DNA of 64,000 nucleotides, from NCBI GenBank assembly GCA_050175015.1, contig JBFXJJ010000002.1, forward strand, positions 128,001-192,000. The letters run 5' to 3'. Position numbers and translations under genes: made by a program. This DNA comes from Alphaproteobacteria bacterium (GTDB lineage: Bacteria; Pseudomonadota; Alphaproteobacteria; JBFXJJ01). The stretch's first letter is position 1, and every line of letters begins with the position of its first letter. The notes below the pieces were generated by a model. It did no database searches. It worked only from the letters and a program-made list of their open reading frames with translations, and was not told the DNA's origin. This document shows, piece by piece, positions 40,650 to 48,951 of the stretch.

Positions 40650-42559
40650 TATTCACCTACCTTTATTTTCGTTGTTACTGATAAAATATTCAAATCAAGC
40701 GGCTCATCACCCTTGACGCTCCAGATGGGCTTTTGCAAGTCCCTAATCCAGCCAAAAGCCTTAACAACAACATCTCCAGTGTACGCTGTAGGAGGACTGT
40801 CTAAAAAATCCGCCGTATCAAGATGAGGCATTAAGACGTGGCGATAACCTTTGCCCGTTGTTTCCGCCATAAACGCAGAGGTATTTTTTACCCTAAAAGA
40901 AATATCAATCAGACGATATGAACGCATCTGCATTATGCTGCTTGTTCCAGAAGTGATAACTGGCGGCAGCGGTTCTATTTGATGAAAAAAGCCAAGCCCT
41001 ACTTCTATTTGCGATACTTCATAAGGAAGATTAATGGCACCATCTAAAACGGTGCAGTCATTAATAAGAGCTTCATCGGCTCTTACCTTAACTTTTTTGC
41101 CTTCAAGATGCTCTAAACCTTTCCAAGTTTTCTTTGGCTCTTCCGAATCCCCTGTAAGAGCGCAATCCGTATGCAAATCATCGTCAAACACCTCTAAGAA
41201 ATAAGAGTCATTTCTTTTCACAATGACGTATGTGTTCCTGCCAGCGACCGCCACCGATAAAAAACGGCCATCGGTTTCAGCCAAACTCCAAGCGGTTATC
41301 TTTTCCGTACGATAATTAGTAACAAATGCCATACTGCCATCTGCCACCACAACATTTAAAAGCCTTTTAACAGCATCATAGTCCTGATCCAGCGGATCTT
41401 TAATAAGATGCTTGGAAAGCATTGCAAGATCGTTTGCCTGATATGCTTCTTCTAAATCGGTATAAATAAACTCCCTGATTTCATCACCATTAGCGCCAGC
41501 AAAAAGAGTTGCGCCGTCAACATTTAATGGCGGAACATATCTTTTCAGAATTGAACCTATTCTTGTCTGACGAGACAGCTGTATATTAGACGGCGTTAAA
41601 GGATCGCCTGTAACCATCCATTCTGAACCCGAGGTAAACACTTGTAAGTGACGTCCTGAAAAAATGGCGCAAATCGCATTAACTTGATCTGATAATATTT
41701 GAAATTCTATTGATTCATCATCAAGCCCTTCGCCCAAATCAAAGTTCATCAAATCGCTTGACTTTGACAGCCATAAACGATTAGGCAAATCTCTTGAACC
41801 ACCAATAACCAATCTGTCTTGATGGAATGTTACGGATATTGGCCAGCCTCTTAATGTCGAAAAAGCTGGTTCTTCCCAGTTTTTAGTTTCATCAGTTTCC
41901 GAGAGTTCAACTTTTACCGTTGCCGCTATTTCCGTCGCAGAATTAACAGCGGTTACAAGAACCTCACCTTCAGCCAAACGAAATCTTAAACCAATATAGT
42001 CATCACTAAAAAAATCTTTTGATGCTGTTATAGTAATATCACCCGTTGTTCCAGAAGGGGTAAAAGTTAAATCATCGTCCTCAAATTTAAAGTAAGGCTG
42101 CATTAAACTGTCATCAACTTCCTCATATTGCCATTCAGCAACCGACCAGTCAGCATCAGAAGATCTTGTTATCTTTCTAGGAGGTACATCTCTATGCGTT
42201 ACCAGAAGAGTGTCGGCACTTTGCGTCCACCTTATAGTAGAAAGCTGGTCTTCGGTCCAAGGCGTATCAAAACTTGCAATTTTAACCCCATCGAGATAAA
42301 CATCTACGGCTTCATCTTTAAAATTAAGCAGATAGACCTGCTCGGTATTGAATTCAAAGGCTACCAACCTGCCGACACCATCTAACGTGTCCAAATATCT
42401 TAAGCCGCTTCTTCTTGAAATTCCTCCTGTTGGGTGAACAAAAACATTTCTTAATTTCATCGCCCCGTTTTCATATGATCGAAGATCTCCTCTTCCCAAA
42501 AGATCTGGCGACAGCTCTCCTGAAGAAAAGCTGGTCTTAACAAGATTTAAAACGCTCAT
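40649..42559 (-). CDS. Tail tubular protein B / nozzle (gp12-like)
   Basis: SF..GELSP.L.GR.DL..Y..G, GG..RR.G, QSAD, GWP....FHQ.RL, TAW. Confidence 0.85.
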   Translation of the reverse strand: MSVLNLVKTSFSSGELSPDLLGRGDLRSYENGAMKLRNVFVHPTGGISRRSGLRYLDTLDGVGRLVAFEFNTEQVYLLNFKDEAVDVYLDGVKIASFDTPWTEDQLSTIRWTQSADTLLVTHRDVPPRKITRSSDADWSVAEWQYEEVDDSLMQPYFKFEDDDLTFTPSGTTGDITITASKDFFSDDYIGLRFRLAEGEVLVTAVNSATEIAATVKVELSETDETKNWEEPAFSTLRGWPISVTFHQDRLVIGGSRDLPNRLWLSKSSDLMNFDLGEGLDDESIEFQILSDQVNAICAIFSGRHLQVFTSGSEWMVTGDPLTPSNIQLSRQTRIGSILKRYVPPLNVDGATLFAGANGDEIREFIYTDLEEAYQANDLAMLSKHLIKDPLDQDYDAVKRLLNVVVADGSMAFVTNYRTEKITAWSLAETDGRFLSVAVAGRNTYVIVKRNDSYFLEVFDDDLHTDCALTGDSEEPKKTWKGLEHLEGKKVKVRADEALINDCTVLDGAINLPYEVSQIEVGLGFFHQIEPLPPVITSGTSSIMQMRSYRLIDISFRVKNTSAFMAETTGKGYRHVLMPHLDTADFLDSPPTAYTGDVVVKAFGWIRDLQKPIWSVKGDEPLDLNILSVTTKIKVGE

Positions 42560-43125
42560 TTACGCACCTCAACCAAAGAATAATCTTCAAAACATTTAGG
42601 ACTTTCTTGCTGCGCATCAATTAATCTGGCACGTTTAAATTCTTCTTCTGCCATCTTGGTCAAAACATCAGATCTTGTTGTGCTTTCAGTTAAAGGTATA
42701 CAAAATTCTGCCGCCAATCTTGCAATTAACACCTGCGTAAAATACGGAGGAAAACTCTTTTCATCTGGGCGGAAAATATAGGTTAAATTAACACTATCAG
42801 AATCAGTATGAAGTCTGTTTTCAACAATACGATAGTTAATTCCTCTGCCCCTATTTCCGATACCTGCCGAAATAATCCTTAAAAAATCAGATGGAAGCTT
42901 AAAAGCATTTTTAAAATCCGCCACTGGCGACGCCGCAAGTTTAGGCAGAGTTGTCTGAGCAACAGCAAAACTCCACGGATAAACTGCCAGCATTGCATCT
43001 CTTGTTGATGGATAAAGATTGGCTGCAACTTCGGCTTCAGCCGTGCCTTCATCAAAAGATGAAATGCTTGTTGCTCCAAGTTTTAATAATGCTCTTGAGC
43101 AAATAGCTATACTGCCTATAGGCAT
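42556..43125 (-). CDS. Tail tubular protein A / adaptor (gp11-like)
   Basis: ICSRAL..LG...I.SF.E, Y...RD..L...PW.FA, LP.DFLR. Confidence 0.85.
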   Translation of the reverse strand: MPIGSIAICSRALLKLGATSISSFDEGTAEAEVAANLYPSTRDAMLAVYPWSFAVAQTTLPKLAASPVADFKNAFKLPSDFLRIISAGIGNRGRGINYRIVENRLHTDSDSVNLTYIFRPDEKSFPPYFTQVLIARLAAEFCIPLTESTTRSDVLTKMAEEEFKRARLIDAQQESPKCFEDYSLVEVRK

Positions 43126-43153
43126 TTTTAAATCTCCTTATAGTTAAACATAT

Positions 43154-43186
43154 AGGGCAGTTTAGATTCCTCTAAACTGCCCTTTT
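43154..43186. terminator. Perfect 13-bp hairpin between head and tail genes
   Basis: agggcagtttaga-ttcc-tctaaactgccct. Confidence 0.6.
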
Positions 43187-43226
43187 AAGCTTATTGATTA
43201 TCTATGTCGTTTTTTAAAAACTGATA

Positions 43227-43484
43227 TTATTCAGCCGCCGACACAATATTTGCCATAGCAACAACACCGCTGCTATTTGATGACACATTTAAAACTGCAC
43301 CCTTTGGGGTTGTCTCATTATCAGTGTTTGCAATAACAAAATCACCTACTCTAAGAGCTTCAGATGCATCATTGAAATATCCCTCGGTCTCAACTGATGC
43401 TGCTGCATCTGCGGTTTTATACTGCCATAATGTAAAGCCGTTAGCATACGCTAAAACTGCCAAATTTTTATTATTAAAAGCCAT
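43227..43484 (-). CDS. Small virion protein after the capsid gene (decoration-like)
   Basis: LAYANGFTLW.Y.T.D....V...GYFN; RBS aaggag. Confidence 0.65.
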   Translation of the reverse strand: MAFNNKNLAVLAYANGFTLWQYKTADAAASVETEGYFNDASEALRVGDFVIANTDNETTPKGAVLNVSSNSSGVVAMANIVSAAE

Positions 43485-43513
43485 TAGTATTTTCTCCTTA
43501 TGTTTAAAAAAGT

Positions 43514-44353
43514 TTAAGCTTCAACTAAAGTTGCGGTGTCATCACACTTAATTTTGACGATACCCGTGTTATCAATCAAACACGCACCTTGACTCATTGA
43601 ATTACTGATAAAATTAGCAGCGTGATCACCGTGCCACGTAATATCGCTTTTAACGTCTTGACCTGAAGCGTGTCCAACTGCGGTTTTATGGAAAATGTAA
43701 CAGTCTCTTTCCTTAGTGTTATTAAGCGTAAGTCCTGTGTGCATCAACCATACAATACCAAGCCATTTGCGGCTTTCTGTGCCATTAAGCCAAGGCAAGT
43801 CTTCACCGACATAATCGGAATCGGAAAATTCCTTAATATTCAAAAGCTCATTCCATTGATTAACCCCAACTAGACCAAAACGCTGTCCGTCATCAGGAAC
43901 ATCTTGAGCATTAATTTTTGCAAACGCCTGCAAAATAAGACTTTTAGAAATTCCTGTTGAATAATCACCTACGCTGTTACTGGCATCAGAAAGAGCATTG
44001 ATAATAAGCTCATCGGTTTTGCGTCCTAAGGCATAAGCTCCTGCTGCGGCCACAACCTGCCTTTCATCGACGTTGGTTTTAAGCTCGTCAAGACTGTCAA
44101 CCCAATCACCTGCATAGTAATCATAAAGATTGCATTCCACAGGTGTAAAATCCATACTCATAACAGGAACAAGACCGTGTCTGGCTTTGGTTGAAGCTGT
44201 TCCCTTTCCTACTTTCTGGAAAACTGCGGTTGCTCCTTTTATATTGTTTTTGGTACGCACCATATTTCTTAGCTTAGATCCAGTACGTTGGTAAGCAGTG
44301 TGAACTTCAGCTTCAAAATGCTTCGTAAAAATTTTATCTATATTTTCTGACAT
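43514..44353 (-). CDS. Major capsid protein
   Basis: F...F.AEVH.AYQR.GSKLR..VR, D..DE.K...D.R, A.ALGRK.DELII; start ATG 44353 after RBS aggag. Confidence 0.88.
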   Translation of the reverse strand: MSENIDKIFTKHFEAEVHTAYQRTGSKLRNMVRTKNNIKGATAVFQKVGKGTASTKARHGLVPVMSMDFTPVECNLYDYYAGDWVDSLDELKTNVDERQVVAAAGAYALGRKTDELIINALSDASNSVGDYSTGISKSLILQAFAKINAQDVPDDGQRFGLVGVNQWNELLNIKEFSDSDYVGEDLPWLNGTESRKWLGIVWLMHTGLTLNNTKERDCYIFHKTAVGHASGQDVKSDITWHGDHAANFISNSMSQGACLIDNTGIVKIKCDDTATLVEA

Positions 44354-44384
44354 AATTTGCCATCTCCTAAAAAATTGAACATAA

Positions 44385-44483
44385 AAATAAAAAAGCCTAA
44401 AAGAACAGTTATGGTTAAGAAACCGCTGTCGTTTAGGCATAGAAAAACAGGGGCTTTTAATACGTCCTAAAAGTTATCCCTGT
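44385..44483 (-). promoter_or_regulatory. Structured capsid-gene leader (two hairpins with ATAA bulges, then T-tract)
   Basis: Minus strand acaggg-ATAA-ctttta...taaaag-cc-cctgt and gcctaaa...ggtt-tctt-aacc-ATAA-ctgt...tttaggc-tttttt. Confidence 0.5.
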
Positions 44484-44507
44484 AAGAAAAACGTTTTTTA
44501 AAAATAA

Positions 44508-45245
44508 CTACTGATTGCCGTAAAGTTTTTTAAACCCATCGGAAACCTTGGAAATATATGATGGGTCTTTATCTCTCCAATAACGAGGATCTTTCATCAT
44601 TGTTTTAAGCTCTTTTTCTGAAACCTCAGAACTGGCAATTTCACCCCTATTCCCAATATCAGGTTCTCCGGCTCCCATCATTCTGCTGATAGCAATAATG
44701 CCTTCGTAAGTTGTTGCTAAAGTTTCATAAATATCTTCGGGAAGATTTTTCTGTCCCCAAGATGATATTTGCCTTGAAGTTTCTCTCCAGCGCTCTTCTC
44801 CGCCAAAATGACTTATAAGCTTCTGCCGTTGTTTGTCTGCTTCAAATTCTGCCGCCATTTCTTCAATCAAAGGAATCACTCTCTCGGCGGCTAAGTCATA
44901 CACCAACTGCGCCTGCTGCGGCGTAAAATCGGCATCTAGCAGTTTTTGATTAACATCACCATCACTTTCTAAAAGCTTATGACGGGTAACAATGTTATAA
45001 CCATTAGCATCTTCGGGAATACCAAAAGCTTTTCTAAAGGTTGTCCGTTCTTGAGGATTGTTTTTATCAAATGGCAGTTTAATCATATTTGATAATTTTT
45101 TCTCAAGCTCAATATACGATTTTAAAAGTTCGTTGGCATTGATGCCGCCTGATTTATAATTCTTAAATTTTTCAGGTACGCTAAGAGCAACATCATCTGC
45201 ACCTGTTGAATCAAGGTTTTCATTCTCTAGTAAATTTTCACTCAT
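44508..45245 (-). CDS. Capsid scaffolding protein
   Basis: VPEKF, KSY.ELEKK, M.DPRYW...DP; directly upstream of the capsid gene. Confidence 0.78.
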   Translation of the reverse strand: MSENLLENENLDSTGADDVALSVPEKFKNYKSGGINANELLKSYIELEKKLSNMIKLPFDKNNPQERTTFRKAFGIPEDANGYNIVTRHKLLESDGDVNQKLLDADFTPQQAQLVYDLAAERVIPLIEEMAAEFEADKQRQKLISHFGGEERWRETSRQISSWGQKNLPEDIYETLATTYEGIIAISRMMGAGEPDIGNRGEIASSEVSEKELKTMMKDPRYWRDKDPSYISKVSDGFKKLYGNQ

Positions 45246-45269
45246 TTTTAAAATATCCTTATCTCTAAA

Positions 45270-45545
45270 TTAATTTTCATCTGCTCCCATTTTGACCATA
45301 GATTTAATATGGAAAAAAAGAGACCTCTTGCCTTCTTGATACCGTAGTTCCTCATTGCTGGCATCTTGAGGCAAAACTCTTCCTGTTGTTATTTTTTCCA
45401 AATAACTCATTACTTTTGAGCCGTCATTTCCGCTAAAAATTCGAGCAAAAGAAAGAGCAATATTCTCGCCGTTCTCTCCTTCTCGCTCATTATTTCTAGC
45501 CTCTAGGAATTCCCAACCCATAAGCTTCTTTTTCATATTCATCAC
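45270..45545 (-). CDS. Bbp19-like phage protein
   Basis: F...F....G..V..YL, L.Y.EG.R; lies between portal and scaffold. Confidence 0.65.
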   Translation of the reverse strand: MMNMKKKLMGWEFLEARNNEREGENGENIALSFARIFSGNDGSKVMSYLEKITTGRVLPQDASNEELRYQEGKRSLFFHIKSMVKMGADEN

Positions 45546-45556
45546 CTCCTCAAAAT

Positions 45557-47224
45557 CTAAGAATTAAGTTTATTTGGAACAGGAACCGTTTCAGCTAAAG
45601 CTGCACTTTGGTTTAAATTAGGGCTACCAATGGCAGGCATAGCCTCTCCTTTGTTGTCAACTGACGCCAGCATATTAGGAATGGACTGTAATAATGCCGC
45701 AGATTGATTAGTATCAGCGCCATTTGCCATCATTATATCTTCGTCAGTTTTGATTAACGCTTCGGGAACCCCTAGCGTTCTTCCAAGCCATCTTGCCGCT
45801 TCTTTAAGATTAACCGCAGCTCCCGCCTCAGCCCCCATACCAGCAATAGACGTAAGCCACGAAAGGGTGTTGTTAGCATCTTGCTGTGCCTGCTGTCTTG
45901 CGAGCGGTGAACGATATTCAATATCAACCATATGACCATCAACCCAAATATCAGAAATTTCACCACGACGTCTTAAAATTGCAACAGCTTTAAGAATAAG
46001 CGGTGTCAGCAGCTCTGACTGTAACCTGCCATAAGTTGCGCCTAGAATTCTCGCCATTTCTGCCGAGCGCTCTAGAACCTCGGTAGCGGTCATATTAGAT
46101 GCTTCAACCTGCCCTAGTTTATCAGCTAAAAGAGCGTGTTTAATTCTGGTACGCAGGTCTTTTAAAACCAATTCGGAAATATCAAATCGCCCAGGGGCTT
46201 CAAGCGGCGTTAGCCCCTTGGAACCAACCGCTTTAGGAATAATTGCTCCTGGGATTAATTTAATGTTTGCAGGATTTAAAACCCCGTCATCATCAGCCAG
46301 CCAAATACCTGTAACTGCTATCGTCGCATTTTTTAAAACCAGCTCAACAACCTTATTAGCGGTTTTTATATCTGGCAGCGCTTTCATTATGGGGGAACGT
46401 CCATAAATCTCTCCTGGAGCTTTCTGCCACCTAAAATTAATAAAAGGCGAATTAGCAAAAACCCCTGACTTTAAAACTCTATCAAAAGCTTCATCTTTCA
46501 GCCCTAAACCGTTGTCATTATCAATAAATGCCGTATATTCAAAACCGCCTTGACTTCTAGTACTTCTTGGAACAACGGCTTCAACAACATTTACCTTAAA
46601 ATCTGGTTCTTTTTCTATTTTGGAAGATACCTGCGGTGATAACACCTTATCGCCAAAACGCTGCTTTAGATTTTGCAAAGATGTTTCATATCTTCTAAAA
46701 CTGGCATCTATCCTGCCGCTTTCGGTTTCTTCAAATGCCATTTCGAATAACGGCACAGCACAAAACCTAAAAGCCGAAATATCTCCAGACGGCGCCTCTT
46801 CAAATAATAAGGTAGCGGTACCTGCTGTTACTAAATCCAAATAACACTGATGAATTTCAATAGCAAAAGAAGAGCGATCGAAATGAGATCTGATCGTTTC
46901 GGTTGTTTTTTCCAATAACGGTGCTATTTGTTTCCGTTCTTCCTCAGATAAATCGACGCCTCCGCCTAAGCCAAACCATCTTGCCCACGGCGGAGTAAGT
47001 CTTGCAAGCATACTAGCTGCCAACTGGTCAACCGCATCGGGAGCTGTCCCATCAAAAAGGCGATCGCTGCTGGTTTTTTTAACAAAGCTAGCGGTGCTGA
47101 ATCCGCCTTCACGCTGGGGAAGAGAAAATTCATAACATTCGCTCCAGATATTTTCCCAAGCGGAACGTCTCTCCCAAGCCCTTTGGCATCTTTTTCTTAA
47201 ATTTTGAAATAAATCTTCTTCCAT
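45557..47224 (-). CDS. Portal / head-tail connector (T7 gp8-like)
   Basis: LAA......TPP...WF, DL...GT, RW....GE.YGRSP...ALPD, TATEV. Confidence 0.92.
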   Translation of the reverse strand: MEEDLFQNLRKRCQRAWERRSAWENIWSECYEFSLPQREGGFSTASFVKKTSSDRLFDGTAPDAVDQLAASMLARLTPPWARWFGLGGGVDLSEEERKQIAPLLEKTTETIRSHFDRSSFAIEIHQCYLDLVTAGTATLLFEEAPSGDISAFRFCAVPLFEMAFEETESGRIDASFRRYETSLQNLKQRFGDKVLSPQVSSKIEKEPDFKVNVVEAVVPRSTRSQGGFEYTAFIDNDNGLGLKDEAFDRVLKSGVFANSPFINFRWQKAPGEIYGRSPIMKALPDIKTANKVVELVLKNATIAVTGIWLADDDGVLNPANIKLIPGAIIPKAVGSKGLTPLEAPGRFDISELVLKDLRTRIKHALLADKLGQVEASNMTATEVLERSAEMARILGATYGRLQSELLTPLILKAVAILRRRGEISDIWVDGHMVDIEYRSPLARQQAQQDANNTLSWLTSIAGMGAEAGAAVNLKEAARWLGRTLGVPEALIKTDEDIMMANGADTNQSAALLQSIPNMLASVDNKGEAMPAIGSPNLNQSAALAETVPVPNKLNS

Positions 47225-47229
47225 AAAAA

Positions 47230-47454
47230 CTATTCTCCTAACAAATTCTTGCGTCCGTTATCAACTGAAACGTCATTCAACACACCACGCCAAGATGTCT
47301 TGATATTTTGAGCCAGCCCTTTACGGTTACGTTCAACCGTACTAACAGAAGACGTGCTATCATCACTATCGTCAGTATCATCAATTTCCGTCGTTGTTTC
47401 GGCTGTCGGCGAAACATAACTCGGAGTGCTTGGAACACTAAAAAAGCTTCCCAT
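47230..47454 (-). CDS. Small virion protein upstream of portal (gp7.3-like position)
   Basis: MG..F..P start, I.TS.RG, terminal LLGE; RBS aaggag. Confidence 0.6.
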   Translation of the reverse strand: MGSFFSVPSTPSYVSPTAETTTEIDDTDDSDDSTSSVSTVERNRKGLAQNIKTSWRGVLNDVSVDNGRKNLLGE

Positions 47455-47494
47455 AAAAAATCTCCTTAAATCTTTTTCCTTAAAAAATTTTAAT

Positions 47495-47533
47495 AAAAAA
47501 ACCCAGCTGACTAACTCTAATCAACTGGGTTTT
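47495..47533 (-). terminator. Terminator in the 5' leader of the virion operon
   Basis: Minus strand acccagttga-N10-tcagctgggt followed by a T-run, between the promoter and the first structural gene. Confidence 0.75.
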
Positions 47534-47589
47534 AAAGGGTGATTCCCTAACAAAAAGGCTCTAACTTCAGAGTCTAGGTACAGTTATAC

Positions 47590-47651
47590 TTACTGAACCT
47601 GTTATCAGATGTACCACAACTGTTCCCTAATGTCAAGGATTATTTTCTTAT
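47590..47651 (-). promoter_or_regulatory. Virion operon promoter with LexA-type box, operator and +1 motif
   Basis: TTGACA 47636-47631; 17-nt spacer; TACATC 47613-47608; GAAC-N7-GTAC 47625-47611; operator 47635-47650; CAGGTTCAGTAA 47601-47590. Confidence 0.72.
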
Positions 47652-48150
47652 TTTTTTCACTTAATAGGAATTTATACAGTTTATAGGGGGTTACAATTCT
47701 GAAATTGTGAATCCCGAGAACTCGTTTTACCGCCTCAACACAGGTAAAAAATCCTAAAGGAGCAGATACTAAAGGAACATCTTTAAGACTTGTCGCCATT
47801 ACCGTAAAGCCTTGCTCTAAGTACCAAGATGCCATATCGAAATCGCCGCAAACAGGCTGAATAATAACATCTGTTTTGTGAAGCATCGCATCAATCGTAA
47901 GCCACAGATCGCCATTTCCAAGCGTAATAAAGCAATGTCTAAAACCTTTTTTTAAAAAACGCAGCCACCATTTAGAAACATCGCCCGAAAAAACCACCAG
48001 ACAAACTTTCCAGCGGTATTTTTGCATTAAATCATTTTGAAGTTGGCAATTTTGAAGAACCATATCTTTAAACAGCTTTTTATTTAGATTCGCATTTTCT
48101 AACTTCTTCATTTTCTCGTCGAATCCAGCCAAAACAAACGATTTATTCAT
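47605..48150 (-). CDS. Phage protein with permuted papain-like (His...Cys) motifs
   Basis: VVFS, LKKGFRHCF, TCVE.VKR.LG, TP..L; start ATG 48150 after RBS ggaggt. Confidence 0.6.
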   Translation of the reverse strand: MNKSFVLAGFDEKMKKLENANLNKKLFKDMVLQNCQLQNDLMQKYRWKVCLVVFSGDVSKWWLRFLKKGFRHCFITLGNGDLWLTIDAMLHKTDVIIQPVCGDFDMASWYLEQGFTVMATSLKDVPLVSAPLGFFTCVEAVKRVLGIHNFRIVTPYKLYKFLLSEKNKKIILDIREQLWYI

Positions 48151-48359
48151 AATTAACCTCCTTAAATTATTTCTATAAAAAACGTACAAGGACTAGAACT
48201 ATCGACGTTTAAACGTGCTAGAGTTCTGCGATTTATTTTAGCAATACAATCTCCTAAGCTTGGCTCGTATAGAATATACGTCCACATAGAGATTAAAAAA
48301 TAATGCGAGGCTCTATCCCAACCAGAACACCGTAAGGAACAAACAAAAAGCACTAAAAT

Positions 48360-48746
48360 TTAATTTGATATGGCACTATTTTTCCACTCAAAAACAATCG
48401 CTCTTTGCTTAAAAACTTCATCTAAAACCCCAATCCCCTTATGCCAAAGAGTTTCCTCATAAGAGGTTGCTCCAAAACGAACATCTGGCGGCTGATTTTG
48501 CTTGCCATATTTAATTAGAACATTAAATTCTGGCGCATTTAGAATATTTTTTGCCAGCAATGATTTAACAATCAGATAAATATCATTAACCTCGCAGGGA
48601 CGAGCCGTTTTTTTATAATCGCCATCACCCCTATTTTTATAATCGGTCATCATCATACGGCAGAACCAGAACCACGCCGTTTCAGTAGAATCAAAAGGTT
48701 CGACCTCAAGATCTTCAATAAAAAAATAATTTATTTTTCGTCCCAT
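48360..48746 (-). CDS. 128-aa protein divergent from the repressor (candidate activator/antiterminator)
   Basis: PF.S.E.AWFWF, RPCE..DI, YG.....PD, LW; ATG 48746 after RBS ggaggt; function inferred from position. Confidence 0.6.
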   Translation of the reverse strand: MGRKINYFFIEDLEVEPFDSTETAWFWFCRMMMTDYKNRGDGDYKKTARPCEVNDIYLIVKSLLAKNILNAPEFNVLIKYGKQNQPPDVRFGATSYEETLWHKGIGVLDEVFKQRAIVFEWKNSAISN

Positions 48747-48763
48747 AATAACCTCCACAACTA

Positions 48764-48813
48764 GAACATATAAAGAACATTTTATTAGTACAAAAAGTTG
48801 CACGAGATGTCAA
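48764..48813 (-). promoter_or_regulatory. Promoter with consensus LexA box at the start site
   Basis: TTGACA 48813-48808; 17 nt; TACTAA 48790-48785; GTTC-N7-GTTC 48778-48764. Confidence 0.78.
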
Positions 48814-48821
48814 CCATTTTT

Positions 48822-48911
48822 TAAGATTATTTTCCTATTGACTTTTACCCTCATTTAATGGGATTATTTTCTTATAGATGTTTTCAAAAATATCTTAAGA
48901 TTATTTTTTAA
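48822..48911. promoter_or_regulatory. Three candidate repressor operators at 37-bp spacing
   Basis: TAAGA-ttattt-TCCTA 48822; TGGGA-ttattt-TCTTA 48859; TAAGA-ttattt-TTTAA 48896; TTGACT at 48838 faces the repressor gene. Confidence 0.6.
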
Positions 48912-48951
48912 GTTTTTTGATACCCGCAATTTTAATTTTTAGGATTTTTTT

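Noticed and set aside
44354-44440. N-terminal extension of the capsid ORF to 44440
   Set aside because: It runs through the leader hairpin; the RBS and capsid-like sequence start at ATG 44353
48325-48340. GAAC-N8-GAAC as a fourth LexA box
   Set aside because: Spacer is 8, not 7, and no clear promoter is adjacent
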